A DNA stretch of 64,000 nt, from NCBI GenBank assembly GCA_965153285.1, contig OZ229129.1. One strand, 5' to 3'. The position numbers were made by a program, and so were the translations under genes. The notes beneath the pieces were generated by a model that saw nothing but the letters and a program-made list of their open reading frames with translations, was not told the DNA's origin and made no database searches. Below, piece by piece: positions 38,564 through 52,039 of the stretch; the stretch's first letter is position 1; each line of letters starts with the position of its first letter. The stretch comes from Podarcis tiliguerta (lineage: Eukaryota).

Positions 38564-38812
38564 TTCCAGGTAGAATTGGGGAAGATTCTTGTCCCTGGAG
38601 AGATGGTGCTGTTCAGTGTAAAATAGACAATACTTGATGAATCAATGGTCTGGCTGAATACAAGTCAGCTTCCTATATTTCCTAGGCAGTTAAACAAATA
38701 TGTGGGGTTTGGGGGAACAGCACTTTGGAGAAATTACTTGCTCCTTCTTTTGTATCCAGTTTAATAAAATTGGGAGTATGTACTACATACAGAAGGACAA
38801 TTCTCTTATAAA

Positions 38813-38813
<1 letters not shown>

Positions 38814-38852
<39 letters not shown>
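38814..38852. repeat. (CA)n microsatellite
   Basis: Read directly. Confidence 0.95.
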
Positions 38853-38854
<2 letters not shown>

Positions 38855-40402
38855 TTCTGTCTATGATAGCAGAGCTGCATGGAGGATGAAGCTATCTGTG
38901 GCCACTAGTCATGATGGCTATGCTCTACTTCCGCAATTGGCAGTAGTCATGCTTCTGAATGCCAGTTGCTGGAAACCAAAGGAGGAAAGAGTGTTGCTCT
39001 TGTGCTCAGGTCCTGCTTGCTGGTTTCCCATTGGGACATCTGGTTGGCCACTGTGAATACAGGGTGCTGGACTAGATGGGCACCCTTTGACCTGACCCAG
39101 GAGGCTCTTTTTATGGAGAATGGGCAGTATCTCTGTTTGTTTAACCTGCAATTAGCCACCTGAACATGACTTTTGACACAACTAAATTGGCACATCAGCA
39201 AGTGGTTCAAACTGGTGGATCCATGCAGAAGATAGTGTTGTATCACCTTTTTACTCAGTGAGATTTCAATAGCTTTTATAGCAAGGTAGGAGCTATGGGC
39301 TGAATTGCTGAGCAGATGGGGGGGGGGGAATCATGGGTCTTCTTTACCAAACTACAAACTCCCCCCAGCCCTGATGTTGCTACTGTTGCTGTTCTCCTGC
39401 TCTGTGTGAACTGCCCCTTGGGTGATGGGCTCAATGCTGTCCCATTTATCCTGGCAGCTGGTTGGGTTGTGCACAACACCAAAATGCCTGGCATTTACTC
39501 TATTGTCATGTGTTGCTTTATATAACCAACCAAGTAGGTTAACACAAAACTTTTAACATCATTAAAAATGATGTATAAATCAAGGACTTTTCCTATAAGG
39601 CATCAGACATATTTTTATGTTGCAGATCACACACAGCTTCCCGTCCTTTACCTTATACTTTGGAACTCATCACCTTCAGATGTCATCCTTGCCAAGAGTA
39701 TAAATGAATCAGTTCACAAAAGGCAAGAGTGGGCGCCTGAGGTTATTCATTAATGAGAGTGGCAGGTGCAATGCATGAAAACTAACCAGGCAGTCGTGCC
39801 TATGAAATGGAACACTTAAATTCACATGCAGTTTAAAATTTTCTGGAAATGCAAATTTTGGAAGGCAAAGCCAGCTTATTCAGTCTCAGCAGTGAAATTC
39901 AGGTGAGTGAGACCTGGATTTGGGGGTTGAAGACTAACAGAGTGCCTAACATTTTGCAAATGCAGTCATTGCGAGGCAGTTAAATCACCCGCTCGCACCC
40001 CACTCCAGGAACTTCTTCCAGCTAGCAAGGAGGTCCCAGAAGCCATGAGCCCCAACTGGCCCCAACCAGAGCTCAGTTCATGCATGAAGGTACTAGAAAT
40101 AGGGCAAGCGATGGGCCACAACACACTGTGTTGTGTGTGTTGTGTAGATCTTCTGTTAACTGAGGTGTACATGTAATCCATTTTCATGTAAGCTTTAGGG
40201 GAAATGTTGCTGACAGCCTTTCTGATATTGTGAGGTTAAGCGTATTTCTTTGTTTGCTTGATTTTTGCCTTGCTCCATCTTCCTGACCTGCCCCTTTCAT
40301 CTGCTCTATTCATGGCTGCTCTGTGGGGACAAAGCCTGTTCTTTGGTTAGGCTGAAGCCACTTGATGATGTCATTTAAACATTGTTTGATCTGACTTGGT
40401 TT

Positions 40403-40416
40403 GTTGCCATGGTAAC
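40403..40416. promoter_or_regulatory. RFX X-box motif GTTGCCATGGTAAC
   Basis: Exact match to the palindromic consensus GTTRCCATGGYAAC in non-repetitive intergenic DNA. Confidence 0.55.
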
Positions 40417-42014
40417 TTCCCTGGCAGGAAGGTGAAGCAGGAAGAGCACAGGTCAATGTCTGAAAGGACGCCACCCTTTCACCCTTCCGCAATGAGTAAA
40501 ATTTCAAGAGCCTCTTTGCTGTTTCTGGCGGAGGAAAACGCTTCCTTTTATCGGGAGGAACAGATTGGAAGTGGGATCTGATTTTTGTGCTCAAGGGATC
40601 CAGAAAGCACTTCACAGCGCTGCAAATGGAGTGAAGTGGGCACTTGCCGTGTGGACTCCTCAGCCCACATGAACAGCAGCCCCAAACAATAGTGTGCTTC
40701 AAATACCCTGACATCCGGAACAAAACAACTCCCTTGCTGGCAACTTAACTAAAGAGCTTTTTGTCGCTTTTCATTCCTGAATGTTAATTTAAAGATGGTA
40801 CAGCATGTTCTCTTTGTTATTCATTTTGAATATTTACACCCCAACACTGAAGCCAAGTTCTTGAGGTGGTGCTTACAATGCATAGTGTGATAAAATAGGC
40901 AAAAGAAATGAGGGGGGTTTTAAATCGGAAAACCAAAATGGGCAAATAATTGGTGCAACTCTAGTGATGACAATTCAACAAAAAGGGGAAATAACCGAAG
41001 AACCTTGTTGGTGGGGATTAAGTACAGCACACCTTAGCCCTCGAAGAGGAAGTTCCCCCGCACAAGATGGGTGAATTTGTCACTTCTACTTCTTTTAGGC
41101 GTTAGAGAGTTTCCTTTCAGGAATTCAGACTTCAGATTGCAAAGAGCTCATGCCCCAGGTGGTGGTTAAGACACCCACCCACCCACACCACTTTGAGGAG
41201 TTGAAGGATGACTGATGGCATGACACCCTCCTGGAGTGTCAGCCCAGAAGCAGAGACAGTGTTATATTTAGAAGGGATGAGGGGATGGGCAAGGGGAGGA
41301 TGCCTCTTGAAAGGGGAAGTGTGTGGGGGGTGGTGGGGCAAACAGCACTGTAGCTGTTGTTTTGACTAGGAAGCTGCAGGGAAGATGAGAGGGAATTCTG
41401 AAAAATGTGGAAGTTCCTCATCTCTCTGTTCCCCTGCCCTCCATCCCACAAGCCCGGTTGTTGGAGACAAACTTCTGAATGGCAGCCAACTTTACGAGCT
41501 TGTTCCTATTCCAGGGGCAGGGCAGAACTGGAATTGCCTGCCAGGCCTTTCTCTCTCCTTAAATACCAGCACTCCAGAGGCCTGGCTCAACAGTGGAACA
41601 AATTGATCACCTCGGTGTGGCACCAGTGCTTTGCTAATTGCAAGGCAGTGATGAGCCGCTCTGTGTATTGGCCAGGCCAAGTCAGGAGGCTCCGATAAAT
41701 GTGCTGCTTGCATCCCACAACATCCTTTCCCCCTTGGAGCAGAGAGTGGCATCCTTCCAGACTCACAGGCACGTGGAGAGATGTGCAAGGTGGAGAGCAA
41801 GCCATTTGCTCAGAGAGGGAGGCCCAGAACATTTAAGAGCTTAAGAAGAGCCTGCTGGAGTAGGTCAATAGTTCCATCCTGTTCTCACAGCGGCCTACCA
41901 GTTGCTTCTTCTAGGAAACCCTCAAGTAGGATTAAAGCATGAGAGCACTCTTCCCTCCAGTGGCTTCCAGCAACTGCTGCCTCCAACCATGATTTCATGA
42001 CCAGGTGAGGATTT

Positions 42015-43242
42015 TGCGGGATAACCAGCCTCATATAACCAACATGCTTATGTGGGAATGTTCTGGGGTGCAGGAGAGGATATATTGACTAATTATATCC
42101 TTATCCAACTTGTGCTAACAAGTTCCCAAAATATCAGCAGAGTTTATAGACATTCCCCTTTAAGTTCGCAACGGTAACGCTTGCACAGGTTCGCTAGAAC
42201 CTCTATAATAATTACTCTGGTAATTTCCCCTTTGTTCCCTCTTAAAATACAAGACACAACACAGTCTTCATAAAAGTATAAAAGAGTTTACTCACGTTCT
42301 GTTCACAATATGATCCCAGAAGGCACACAGACTTAAAAAGGTAAAATACACTCAGAATCTATCTTATGGAAGATAGTCCCTTAGTCCTCTCTTGGCTGAG
42401 AGCCAAGAGAGCATCCTTAGATGTTTCCTCATCGAAGGAAGATGGCAGAGAGAGAGAGATGCTGCCTGCCCTGTGCTTTTGTCATTACCTGCACAGGTGA
42501 GGCCACACCCACCTCTGGTCACATGCGGAGGAAGTCCATCCCCAGGAAGCTTACCTGCTTGCTGTACAGACATCCCTCCCCATGTTCTAACATGCACACT
42601 CTAGGAATGTTGTCATTGACTGCTCCTGTGTATACATCCCACAGCTTAAGTCTAATTGATTTATGAAGGGGTCAATGCCATAGACTGTCCTGCTGGCTTA
42701 GCTAAGTCACTCCCCCTCATCTTGGGAGGAAGATTATCAAGCCTATTGTTCTCCTTCATTCAACCTGAGAAGCTCAGTGTGGAAAGATGTATGAGCTGGC
42801 TGCTCCAAGCTCCAAGACATTCTGGTGTTCATATAACAATAATTTAGGAACCTTCACCACTGTACCTAAGGCAAGTTGTACTGCCTGTGTTTTCTGACTG
42901 ATGTATGGAAAAACACATGAAACTGATCTTTGAAAAGTTTGTAAGTAAACCATTTTTAACTTACCCAACGTGGACTTTTTCTATGCTAGGGGAAGATGGA
43001 AGTTTTTGGAACTCACAAGGCCATATTTTAAAAGTCTAACAACCTATAATTCAATGCTTTACTTTGCTGCATATTTTGTGACTTTAAATATCTGTGGGAG
43101 CTCTGCCCAAAGATTACTTGCTCCAAACCTGGATCTTGCCATCCAGGGAGTTCTCCTTTTTATACGTATCATATTTTTTCCTTGCCAGCCAACATATTTG
43201 AGCCTGGCATTTCTCACCCTATAAGCTGAGGGATGTTGCACA
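42015..43242 (+). mobile_element. LTR-like element family B carrying a nested solo LTR; 3' end approximate
   Basis: Start tgcgggataaccagcctcatataa is shared with 49411 (+), 26227 (-) and 32111 (-); bodies are colinear. Confidence 0.75.
42051..42643. mobile_element. Solo LTR (593 bp) nested in a family B LTR
   Basis: Inverted termini tgtggga...tcccaca; perfect 5-bp TSD gctta at 42046-42050 and 42644-42648. Confidence 0.88.
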
Positions 43243-43249
43243 AAGAGGC

Positions 43250-43990
43250 TGAGTGTGAAAAGCCTGGAGGGGAGTGAAAAGCGGGGATGCCAGACTCGAG
43301 GAGTCTTGCAAAACAACATCAAACCTTGCATTATGTATAATACATTCGACAAACACACAAGACGTAACCGGCTGTGCATTCACATAAACAATACTCTTCT
43401 ATATATTCTTATCACAACATCAGATGTTTATCATGTGCATAAACAACAAATAAAGTGCAATAATATAGACAGAAGTCTCAGTTCATTCATAAATAAATCA
43501 GTTCATTCATAAAGACCAAATGTCTGCTAGTTTCTGTTCCACATATGTTCATAAAGTCCAAATTGGAGCCTACTACAGTTCCACAGTGTTGACAAGGATT
43601 TCCGGAATAATGCCTTGTTTTGCTCTCATGTGCTTCATCAGTGGTACATGTTCATATGTAGTATATCAAAGTCATAGGACTCGCCCTCCTGGTCTTCGTG
43701 TGTTGTACATATTCTAAGTAATATAAATGAATATAATGTCGTAATTCAACATATTTTGACAAAATTATATAAACAATTGAGCTATAGAAGTACATACCAT
43801 ATACGAAGTATCAAGATAATAGAACTTACAACATAGTGGTTTCTGCAATGAACAATAACTGTTACAATGTAAGATTATATAGACAAGGTGGCTCCCCATA
43901 GCTTTGACGTATTTACTAATCTCACTCATCTATACTTCTCCTCCTGTGCTGTAAATGGCAAGTTCTTTGAAACAGCACCGGGGTCAGGAC
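43250..43990 (-). mobile_element. Possible Penelope-like element terminal repeat
   Basis: AT-rich block with cactgatgaagc...gcaaaac motif on the minus strand, typical of Penelope pLTRs. Confidence 0.4.
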
Positions 43991-46900
43991 TTGGCCACTA
44001 AAAGCCCTTCCCTTGGATAATTAGCCCCCCCCCCCCGGCTGCCTTCTTTGGACTAGTGGGGACCTGATGGTCCAGTTGGCTTGCTCCAATCAGCTGGGCT
44101 GCCAGCACATCCCCTCCCTGACCTCCAGGACTCCCATCCTTCAGTGACAGCAAACCACTCCTTCATGAATGAAGTTGTCCATTCCCCCTCCCCAGCCCCT
44201 TGGCAAGCAAAGGAGGGAAGGCAGGACACCACCAAGGAGCAGGAGCACCTCCAAAAGAGCTTTCTTTAGCGCATGTTGTTTTTAGTAAAAGCAGTTCTCT
44301 GCCCTCTTCCCCATTCTGCTTGCATCCAATCCCTTGTTTTTTCCATGGGGAGTAAGGGGGGGGGCTCTCCCTGCTTCCCACAGGTTGGCAGTTCCATAGT
44401 AGGAGGGTGTGTGTGTTTGTGGGTGGGGGTATGGATTAGAAGTGAGTAACAACGTTGGGAAGCCAATGGAAATGCCACTTATATTTAGCATCTAGAGGAA
44501 GTTTCTGCATCAGATTATGACACCGTTAAGTAGGTCAGAGCAAAGACACACAGTCGCGGAGGCAGCACTAGAGTCCCCTTCAAAGACGCCCGTCCCTCAC
44601 TTGCTATTCCAGTCACTTCCCTCCTTCTGAAAGCCCTGTTCGTTTTGTCGGCCTCACAGTCCCTCCAGCCCAGAGCTTCCCACGACACTCCTTGTCCCTC
44701 AAGGGCTTCATTAGAGACGCCCCAGTTTCTCTCCTTTCCCCAGGGCCTGGAAGCAGGCACCTCCACTATTATTACTATTACTATTAATTATTACTATTAA
44801 TCATCATTACCATTCTGTGGGAGAAGTGCAGTGGTGGTGCAGTGGGGAAGACAAAAGGCAAGGGCCATAGCTTAGAGGTAGAGGATCTGTCTTGCAAGCA
44901 AAAGGTCCCAGGTTCAATCCCTGGCATCTCTAGGTAGGGCTTGACAAGATCCCCCTGCCAGAAATCCTCAACAGCTTCTGCCAGTCAATACTGAGCTAGA
45001 TAGAGCAATGGTCTGACTCAGTATAAGGCAGCTTCCTATGTTCCTATGAGCCATTCATCTTCTGGTTTCAAGTAGAAACGCTGGACAGGTAGGGGACCTT
45101 CCCTGCCAAGGAGGAGGAGATGGCAGCTGCTGGCAGGAGGTCCACACCAGCCTCCTCTTCTGCAAAATGATTTGGCAATTGCTGCTTCAGCCTGGGGAGG
45201 CACGACACAGAACTCGCCCACCCTGGGGCTGGAAAAGGATGTGCTGCAGGCAAAACAGGGTGCCAGAAATCTGCTGGTTGCATGTCTGAGTGAGTAATGG
45301 ATGAATTCCAGAGCTGAAGCAGACGACTGGTGAGCTGAAGGTGGCAGCATCAGCCTCTTGACAGCTGCAGGAGGGAGGGACACTGGTGGGTATCTCCTGT
45401 GAAGATGGCAGAACAACAACTTACTGCACATGGGTTTATGCGCTCCCTCTTCCCAAATCTGTGAGAGCCTTTCACGAGGTCAGATGGATTGAGGAAAGAG
45501 AGCTCTAGAGATTTATGGGCCACTGTCCAGAGATTCACACTAGAGTGACACCATTATGCAGGCAACCAAAATGTCAGAAAAAGACATGGCAAAGAAATCA
45601 AAAGTGAGTTTGTGGGGGTGATTTGGCAGGTGGTGATTCAGCTTGCGGAAGCACAACAGTTGCATTGAGCTCTATGCCTGTTGATTAAGCTGTCTCTGTC
45701 TGAATCTAATATGGACCAAGGGAGTCTTGAGGACTTGAAAGCTGGCACACAGTCTTGTGAAAGGTTGGTTGCTCACATAAAGGTATTGCTGTAATGCAGA
45801 TTTATTTAATTTTATTTGTAGGATAACACACGTGCCTGTTGCTTTCTGTTCAAAGGCAGTTGCATGTCATGTGCTATTAAGAGCAGCTGACTATGAGAAT
45901 ATAAGCAGAACCTGCTGGAACAAGACAAAGGGGCCCATCTAATCTAGCATCCTGTTCTCACAGTGGCAAACCAGATGCCCTCCAAGGAAGCCTGTTAAGG
46001 ACATGAGTGTGAAAGCAAACTGGTATTCAAAGGTATACTGCTTCTGACAGTGGAAGCAGAGCATAGCCATCAAGGCTAGTAGCCACCGATAGCCCATCCT
46101 CCATGTATTTGTGTAATTTATTTTAAAGCCAAGTTGGTGGCATCACTGCCTTCTAAATGAGTGAGTTCTATACTTTCACTCTGCACTCTGCATGAAGAAG
46201 TGATGTCTTTGATCTGTCCTGAATCTTCCAACATCTAGCTTCACTGGATGCCCATGAGTTCTAGTGTTGGAGGAGGGGGCAGGGGGAACTGCTGTGGCTG
46301 CCTTGAGAAGGTGGCCAGTGACTTGAGGCAGAGATATGTGCTGCACTGTGGATGTGCCTGAAGTGGGGGTTATTTGCTTGCACAGCTCCCAACCCAGCAA
46401 AAGAACCAGCAAGTGGAAGCTCGATTATCTCAGTTGCTGGATCTGGGGCAGCCTCGCTGGTTTTTGCACCAGCCCACATACAGATATGTCATTAATCAGG
46501 TTTGCAAAGGTGCATTAACACACACACACTTTAGGCTACTTCTGCCAGCTGGCACCAGACTCAACACCTCTAAGGATGCATTTTTTAGATATTTGTTCTC
46601 CCCCCTCCCCTTCTTGTCCATTGCTGAAAATTTCAACAAATAAACTTTTTGTTAAAACGAAAGATGCTGCTTCTTTTCTCATCTCTCTTTGGCAATTGTG
46701 CTACCCAGGTTCCAACTGACTGGCGCCCTCCATGCTGCAATTCTGGGAGTTTGGAGCATCATTCGCCCAGCAGGTTACAACAAGGTCCAAAGGGCTGGCT
46801 GCCATTTCGCTTTGCATAACTAATAGAGCGTCATTGCCACAGCCGTCATGTCTGTGTAAAAAGTGCCCTAGGACTCCACCTTCCTGTATTCCAGCCTGCT

Positions 46901-48251
46901 GTCAATTGCAAAGAATTGTGGGGGGCAGGGGCTGTCAGTTTCCAGCCCATTTCCTTAGAAAGTCCACAAAGTGTGTGTCAGGTTGTGGAAGAATCAGAGG
47001 GTTCTTGACATGATGCCTGCCTCTACAAGTCTCTGGGCAGGCCAGGATCCATGTGTCTGGGGGAAGCAGGCAGGCTCAAGTGGCAGCTATCACCACTAGG
47101 CAGGTCAGGAATCAGAGTCCATTTGCAAACACAGAAGGCAGGCCCACTCAGCTGTGCTGCAAAGTCTTCCACTTGTCAGATACTGTTAATCTTCCCAGTG
47201 GTTCCCTTCTTGAGGCTGTCACTGCTATGAAAGAAGTGGGAGGAAGGAGAAGGGGCATGGGCGCCACCTGGCCAGGGCTGCATTTGTTAAAGGAATTGTG
47301 AGTCCAGAAAGCTTGGGGCAATATCACTAGAGCAGAAGCCACATGATAAAACCCAGCTCCTTCCCTGCTGCACAGGGAGGCTCAGCACTGCTTGCTTTGG
47401 ACTCAAGACAGCCCTTCTACTGCATGGGAAAAGAGAAGAATTGTGGTGGAGGTGGCAGCAATCTCTTCCCCATGCCAAGCAATATTGCAGAGGATGCCAT
47501 CCTGCAGCTAATGCCGAGGGGAATTGCTGTGGAACAGTCTCCCCGTGAGTCATGTTCTGCAATGCCAAAGTTCTATACTAACTGTTCCAGGAAGGCAGGA
47601 AGAGTAATTCCCTTCAGTGAGCAAGAGCAGGAGCCTTTTTAGACTAACCTTCAGGTGTAGGAGCCATGAGATGGGCTTTAGTAAGGTAGGAGAGGATATA
47701 TTATTTACAATTTATTCCTCCAGTCTCCCATGTTTGAGGGTTTATACAGTGTTTTAAAATCCTATCCGTGGCAGCAAAAATAGAAGCTTTGGAAAATTAG
47801 CTTGCAAAGCCTTCTGTTTTGAGCAATTGCAGCTTAGGAATTAAGCTGGCTTCGCCTTGGTTTCCCCACATAACAAAGAATCAGGCAATGACTTGTAAAG
47901 TAAGCTTTAAAAATATTGTTTACTTACTTAACAGTCTTGCATTGATTCACAGCAAAGGTAGCAGTAAAACTATGCAGGTAAAATACTTATATTTATAGCA
48001 CAACCACTATCAGGATTCTGCCTGAGCTAGATCAAGCATGTGTGCATTCGTTGCAGCTTGAAGAAGAGAGAGTGTGAGAGAGAGAGTAGAAGAGAGAGAG
48101 AACGACAGAAAGGAGAAGAGTTTATATCTCTTGTTTCTTCCTGCCATTGGAAACAGGGGGAATGACACCACACAGAGCTCTCTTTCCACCAATTACATTC
48201 CTATGGTCTGAGTCTGCCTACCTAGAAATTTACAGCACCTAGACTTACTCA

Positions 48252-48593
48252 GGAACGCGGGTGGCGCTGTGGGTTAAACCACAGAGCCTAGGACTTGCCG
48301 ATCAGAAGGTTAGTGGTTCGAATGGGGTGACCTCCCGTTGCTTGGTCCCTGCTCCTGCCAACCTAGCAGTTCGAAAGCACGTCAAAGTGCAAGTAGATAA
48401 ATAGGTACCACTCCGGCGGGAAGGTAAATGGCGTTTCCGTGCGCTGCTCTGGTTCGCCAGAAGCGGCTTAGTCATGCTGGCCACATGACCCGGAAGCTGT
48501 ACACTGGCTCTCTCGGCCAATAAAGCGAGATGGGCGCCACAACCCCAGAGTCGGTCACAACTGGACCTAATGGTCAGGGGTCCCTTTACCTTT
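48252..48593 (+). mobile_element. Sauria SINE, near full length
   Basis: Pol III-like head, cctttaccttt tail, TSD agacttactca / agacttcctca. Confidence 0.9.
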
Positions 48594-49410
48594 AGACTTC
48601 CTCATCAACAAGAATACACATTTGTTGAATTTGACTGCAGTCTGCCACAGCAGGTACACTCATGTCCTGCTTATAGGCTTCTCTTTGGGGTTTCTGGTTG
48701 ACCAGTGTAAGAAGATGCCCAACAAAATAGGCCAGCTGCATGGCTCTTCTTATGTTTTTAACTTCTCTGCACTATCAAAGAGCAACCCACTTACAAGGTT
48801 GCCAAGCTAGACTAGGGGCTCCAGGGAATGTTGTCCAGAACTTAGACTGAACTTAGAGGAAGGGCTGTTTTGTCAGGGTTAATGAAAGGTGGTGCCTCAG
48901 CATCAGGGCTGAGCACTGGCCAGACTGATACCTCAACAAGGTAGGGCCTTTTCCTCCACACTCCACATAAGAGCTCCACACTGAGAGCCTCCTGCCCTGA
49001 CCAACCCTTTCCAGGCACTAGTGGACCTAGTAGCAGAAGAGATTCAGAGTAGAGTCAACTCGCATGACACGAGGGTGAGAACTAGAGTTGAGACAATGAT
49101 GCTTTTGACACAGAACTGTGTTTCAAGTGAAATAATTATCATTACATAATAATGCATTATTTGTAGCTTGCCATCCTATTAAATGTAAAGTAGTGAACCA
49201 CAGAGGCCCCGTTTGCCTGTTCTGAGGGGGACCCTGTTTGCCTGCTCCTGAGAGGGTTCTCTGCAAGGTTCTCCTTTGCATCCCTTTCATTCTTCTTGTT
49301 TCTGCTTTTCATGTTGCTGGGGCTTCCTGAGGCCTCCTTCCTTCCTCTCCTTGGAAGGGTTTTCCTCTTTGTGGTGCATCTCCCCTTCATCTCTTCTAAG
49401 CATCTCAGGC

Positions 49411-50050
49411 TGTGGGATATCAACCCTCATATAACTAGCATGCCTAAGTCTAATTAGTGCATGAAGGGGTTAATACTATAGAGCCTGTTCTGCCAGGCTT
49501 AGCTAGGTCACTTTCCCTCACCTTGGGAGGAAGGTATTCAAGCCTATTGTTCCCCTTCAGTCTACAAGAGAAGCTCAACATGTGATGAGGTTTTGAGCTG
49601 GTTGCTGCAGCTCAGACTGCATGGCTCTTATAAGCCGTTGTTTTGTTCCTATGCCAATAATTTAGGAACTTTCACCACTGTTAACTAAGCCAAGCTTTAC
49701 TGCCTGTGTAATGTTTCTGGAGAGTTTGTAAGTAAACCGTTTTTAACTTACCATGCATGTGGTCCTTTTACTATGCTAGGGTAAGAGGGAAACTTTGGTA
49801 GGAACTCACAAGGGCATATTTTAAAGGTCTAACGGCATATATTTTCACACTTTACCTTGCTGGATATTTTGTGATTTTATATATCTGCAGGAGCTCTGAC
49901 CAAAGAGTACTTGCTCCTAAGTTGTATTTTGCCATCCAGAGAGTTCTGTGTTCTGTGTTTAGTTTTTCTTTGCCACCAACAGATTTATTCTGTGTTTAAG
50001 AGGGACAAACAAGATTAGCAAACATTAGGAGAGAAGACACCCAAGTGACA
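49411..50050 (+). mobile_element. LTR-like element family B copy; 3' end approximate
   Basis: Colinear with 42015-42050 plus 42644-43200. Confidence 0.75.
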
Positions 50051-50240
50051 CAGCAATTTGCAGTTGTGTGTGCCGTCAAAAAGAGAGTGAATTGCATATG
50101 TGTGATCATTTGTGCAAAGAGGTGCACCACTATTTGCATTCTGAGCATTAGGGTATGTGCGATTTTAGTGTAAACCACAGTTTGCAGCACTAGCATTCCT
50201 ATGTTTAAAAACCAAACTGAAATTCAGCAGAGAAGGAAGG

Positions 50241-50295
<55 letters not shown>
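50241..50295. repeat. (AC)n-(AG)n microsatellite
   Basis: Read directly. Confidence 0.95.
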
Positions 50296-50298
<3 letters not shown>

Positions 50299-52039
50299 TA
50301 GCAAATCTGCACCACAAATAATAGGGTGTGGGCCCTACTAATAACACCTAGATATGCTGGGAAGAAGCACTCAGACACCAATTTTTCAGCCACACCACAG
50401 GAAATTTCAAAGTCACCAGAGGATACATTTGTTGACAACAGTGAAGGGAAGGAGTTTTTAGGCGGAGCTCCATGTATGCTTTTGTTTAATCTCACATGAT
50501 GCCATCTGTTTCCTTATCTCTTTTCCACTTTGCCTGCTCTACTGGGAAATGGTTTTCTACACTGGGAGTTGGCCCTCTTGAAGAACAGAGGTGCTCAGAT
50601 ATATTGGGGAGGGGAGAGAGAGCAGGAGGGAAGCTACTTCTTTCCTCCCCTTTCCATCTCTTCTGAATTTCCATCTTGTCACAACTGCTCAACCTGCACT
50701 TCTAAAACACTTTCTGTTCCCTCTGTCAGCCCATGGAGCACAACCAGGCTCCTGGAAGCCAAATGAATCCTTCCTGCTTCATCCATGCAGCATCACTGGC
50801 TCTAATGATGCTGGAAGCAGAGACCAGCTGGAGGGCTGATCAATGATGTGCAAGACAGGACAGAGCATCTGCTCTGCGCTGGTTCTTCCCAGCTGGCTTG
50901 TCTGGTGTGGGACAACTGCCCTTGAAGAGGGACCATAGGACAGGAGAGATGCTTACATCATTGAGCATATTGCTCCACCCAGAGTCATCATCACCTCAGT
51001 GTGGCTGGGCTTCTCAAAGGTCCACAGGCCAGGTTACCCTTCAGTGAGTAGGGGCAGCAGTGCCACAACATGCCTTCCAATTATCATACAACAGAACAGG
51101 GCTGTAGGCTGGCACCCTTTGGAACAAGTAGGGCAGAAAGCCGAGAGACCAAATGAAGCCAAATTCAGTGACCAGGAAAGCCAGTTAATCCTAGTTTTCC
51201 TCCTCCTCCTCCTCCTCGCCAAATTCTACAAAGGGCAACAGTGAGCTTAAGGAGAAGGAAGCTGACAAGCAGCACCATCTTCTGCACTGGTTGGAAGTAA
51301 GAAAGCAGGCAGGTGAGGGCTGGCTAGTACCAGGTGGTGACTGATGCCCAAATACACCTGCCTCCTCTGGGGTTACATTTGCCAAGAGGCAAACAATGCA
51401 GAACCCTAATTTTGCCTCATCATTGCCCAATAAGAATGAGCCCATTGAGGACAAGCTGTGAGGGCAAGTTTGAGGGAGGGCACAGAGAGCAGGGGGCAAT
51501 GGATGAAAAAGTTCATTTTGTTTGGGGCTTAGAACCTTGAGCTCCTCAAATAGAAGACTGTGACCTAAGCACAGAAAAGACACTCCTTAACAACAAACCA
51601 CTTGGCCAGGAAGGGGTGGGAGATTCAGCCTTCCTGCACCAAGGACTGGAACTATCAGTGTGAATCTGAGCAGCATGACTGTCAACTGCCACTTGTACTG
51701 CAGAACTCAGCAGCGCAACAACTGTCCACATGAGGCCATTGCCAGGCCACCACGAGCTGCCTTCTCGAACTTCTTATCTCTGCTGTAGCCCCAGTCTACC
51801 TCTTGAGGAAAAGGCCTGAGTTTTCCTCCCTCTCTCATAACACTAGAACTCATGGGCATCCAATGCAGGTGAATTTTGGAAGACTGGGGATGGATAAAAG
51901 GAAGTACTACCATGCAGCACATAAGCTATGGAATTCTCTCCCATGAGAGGCAGTGATGGGCACCAAATCTGATGGATTTAAAACAGTATTGGAAAAAATT
52001 ATGTAGTGGCTCTTCTCTGCCTCCATGATCTGTTGTTGG

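Noticed and set aside
42015-50050. Two same-strand family B LTRs as ends of one provirus
   Set aside because: No PBS, PPT or gag/pol between them, no shared TSD, and the copies are diverged
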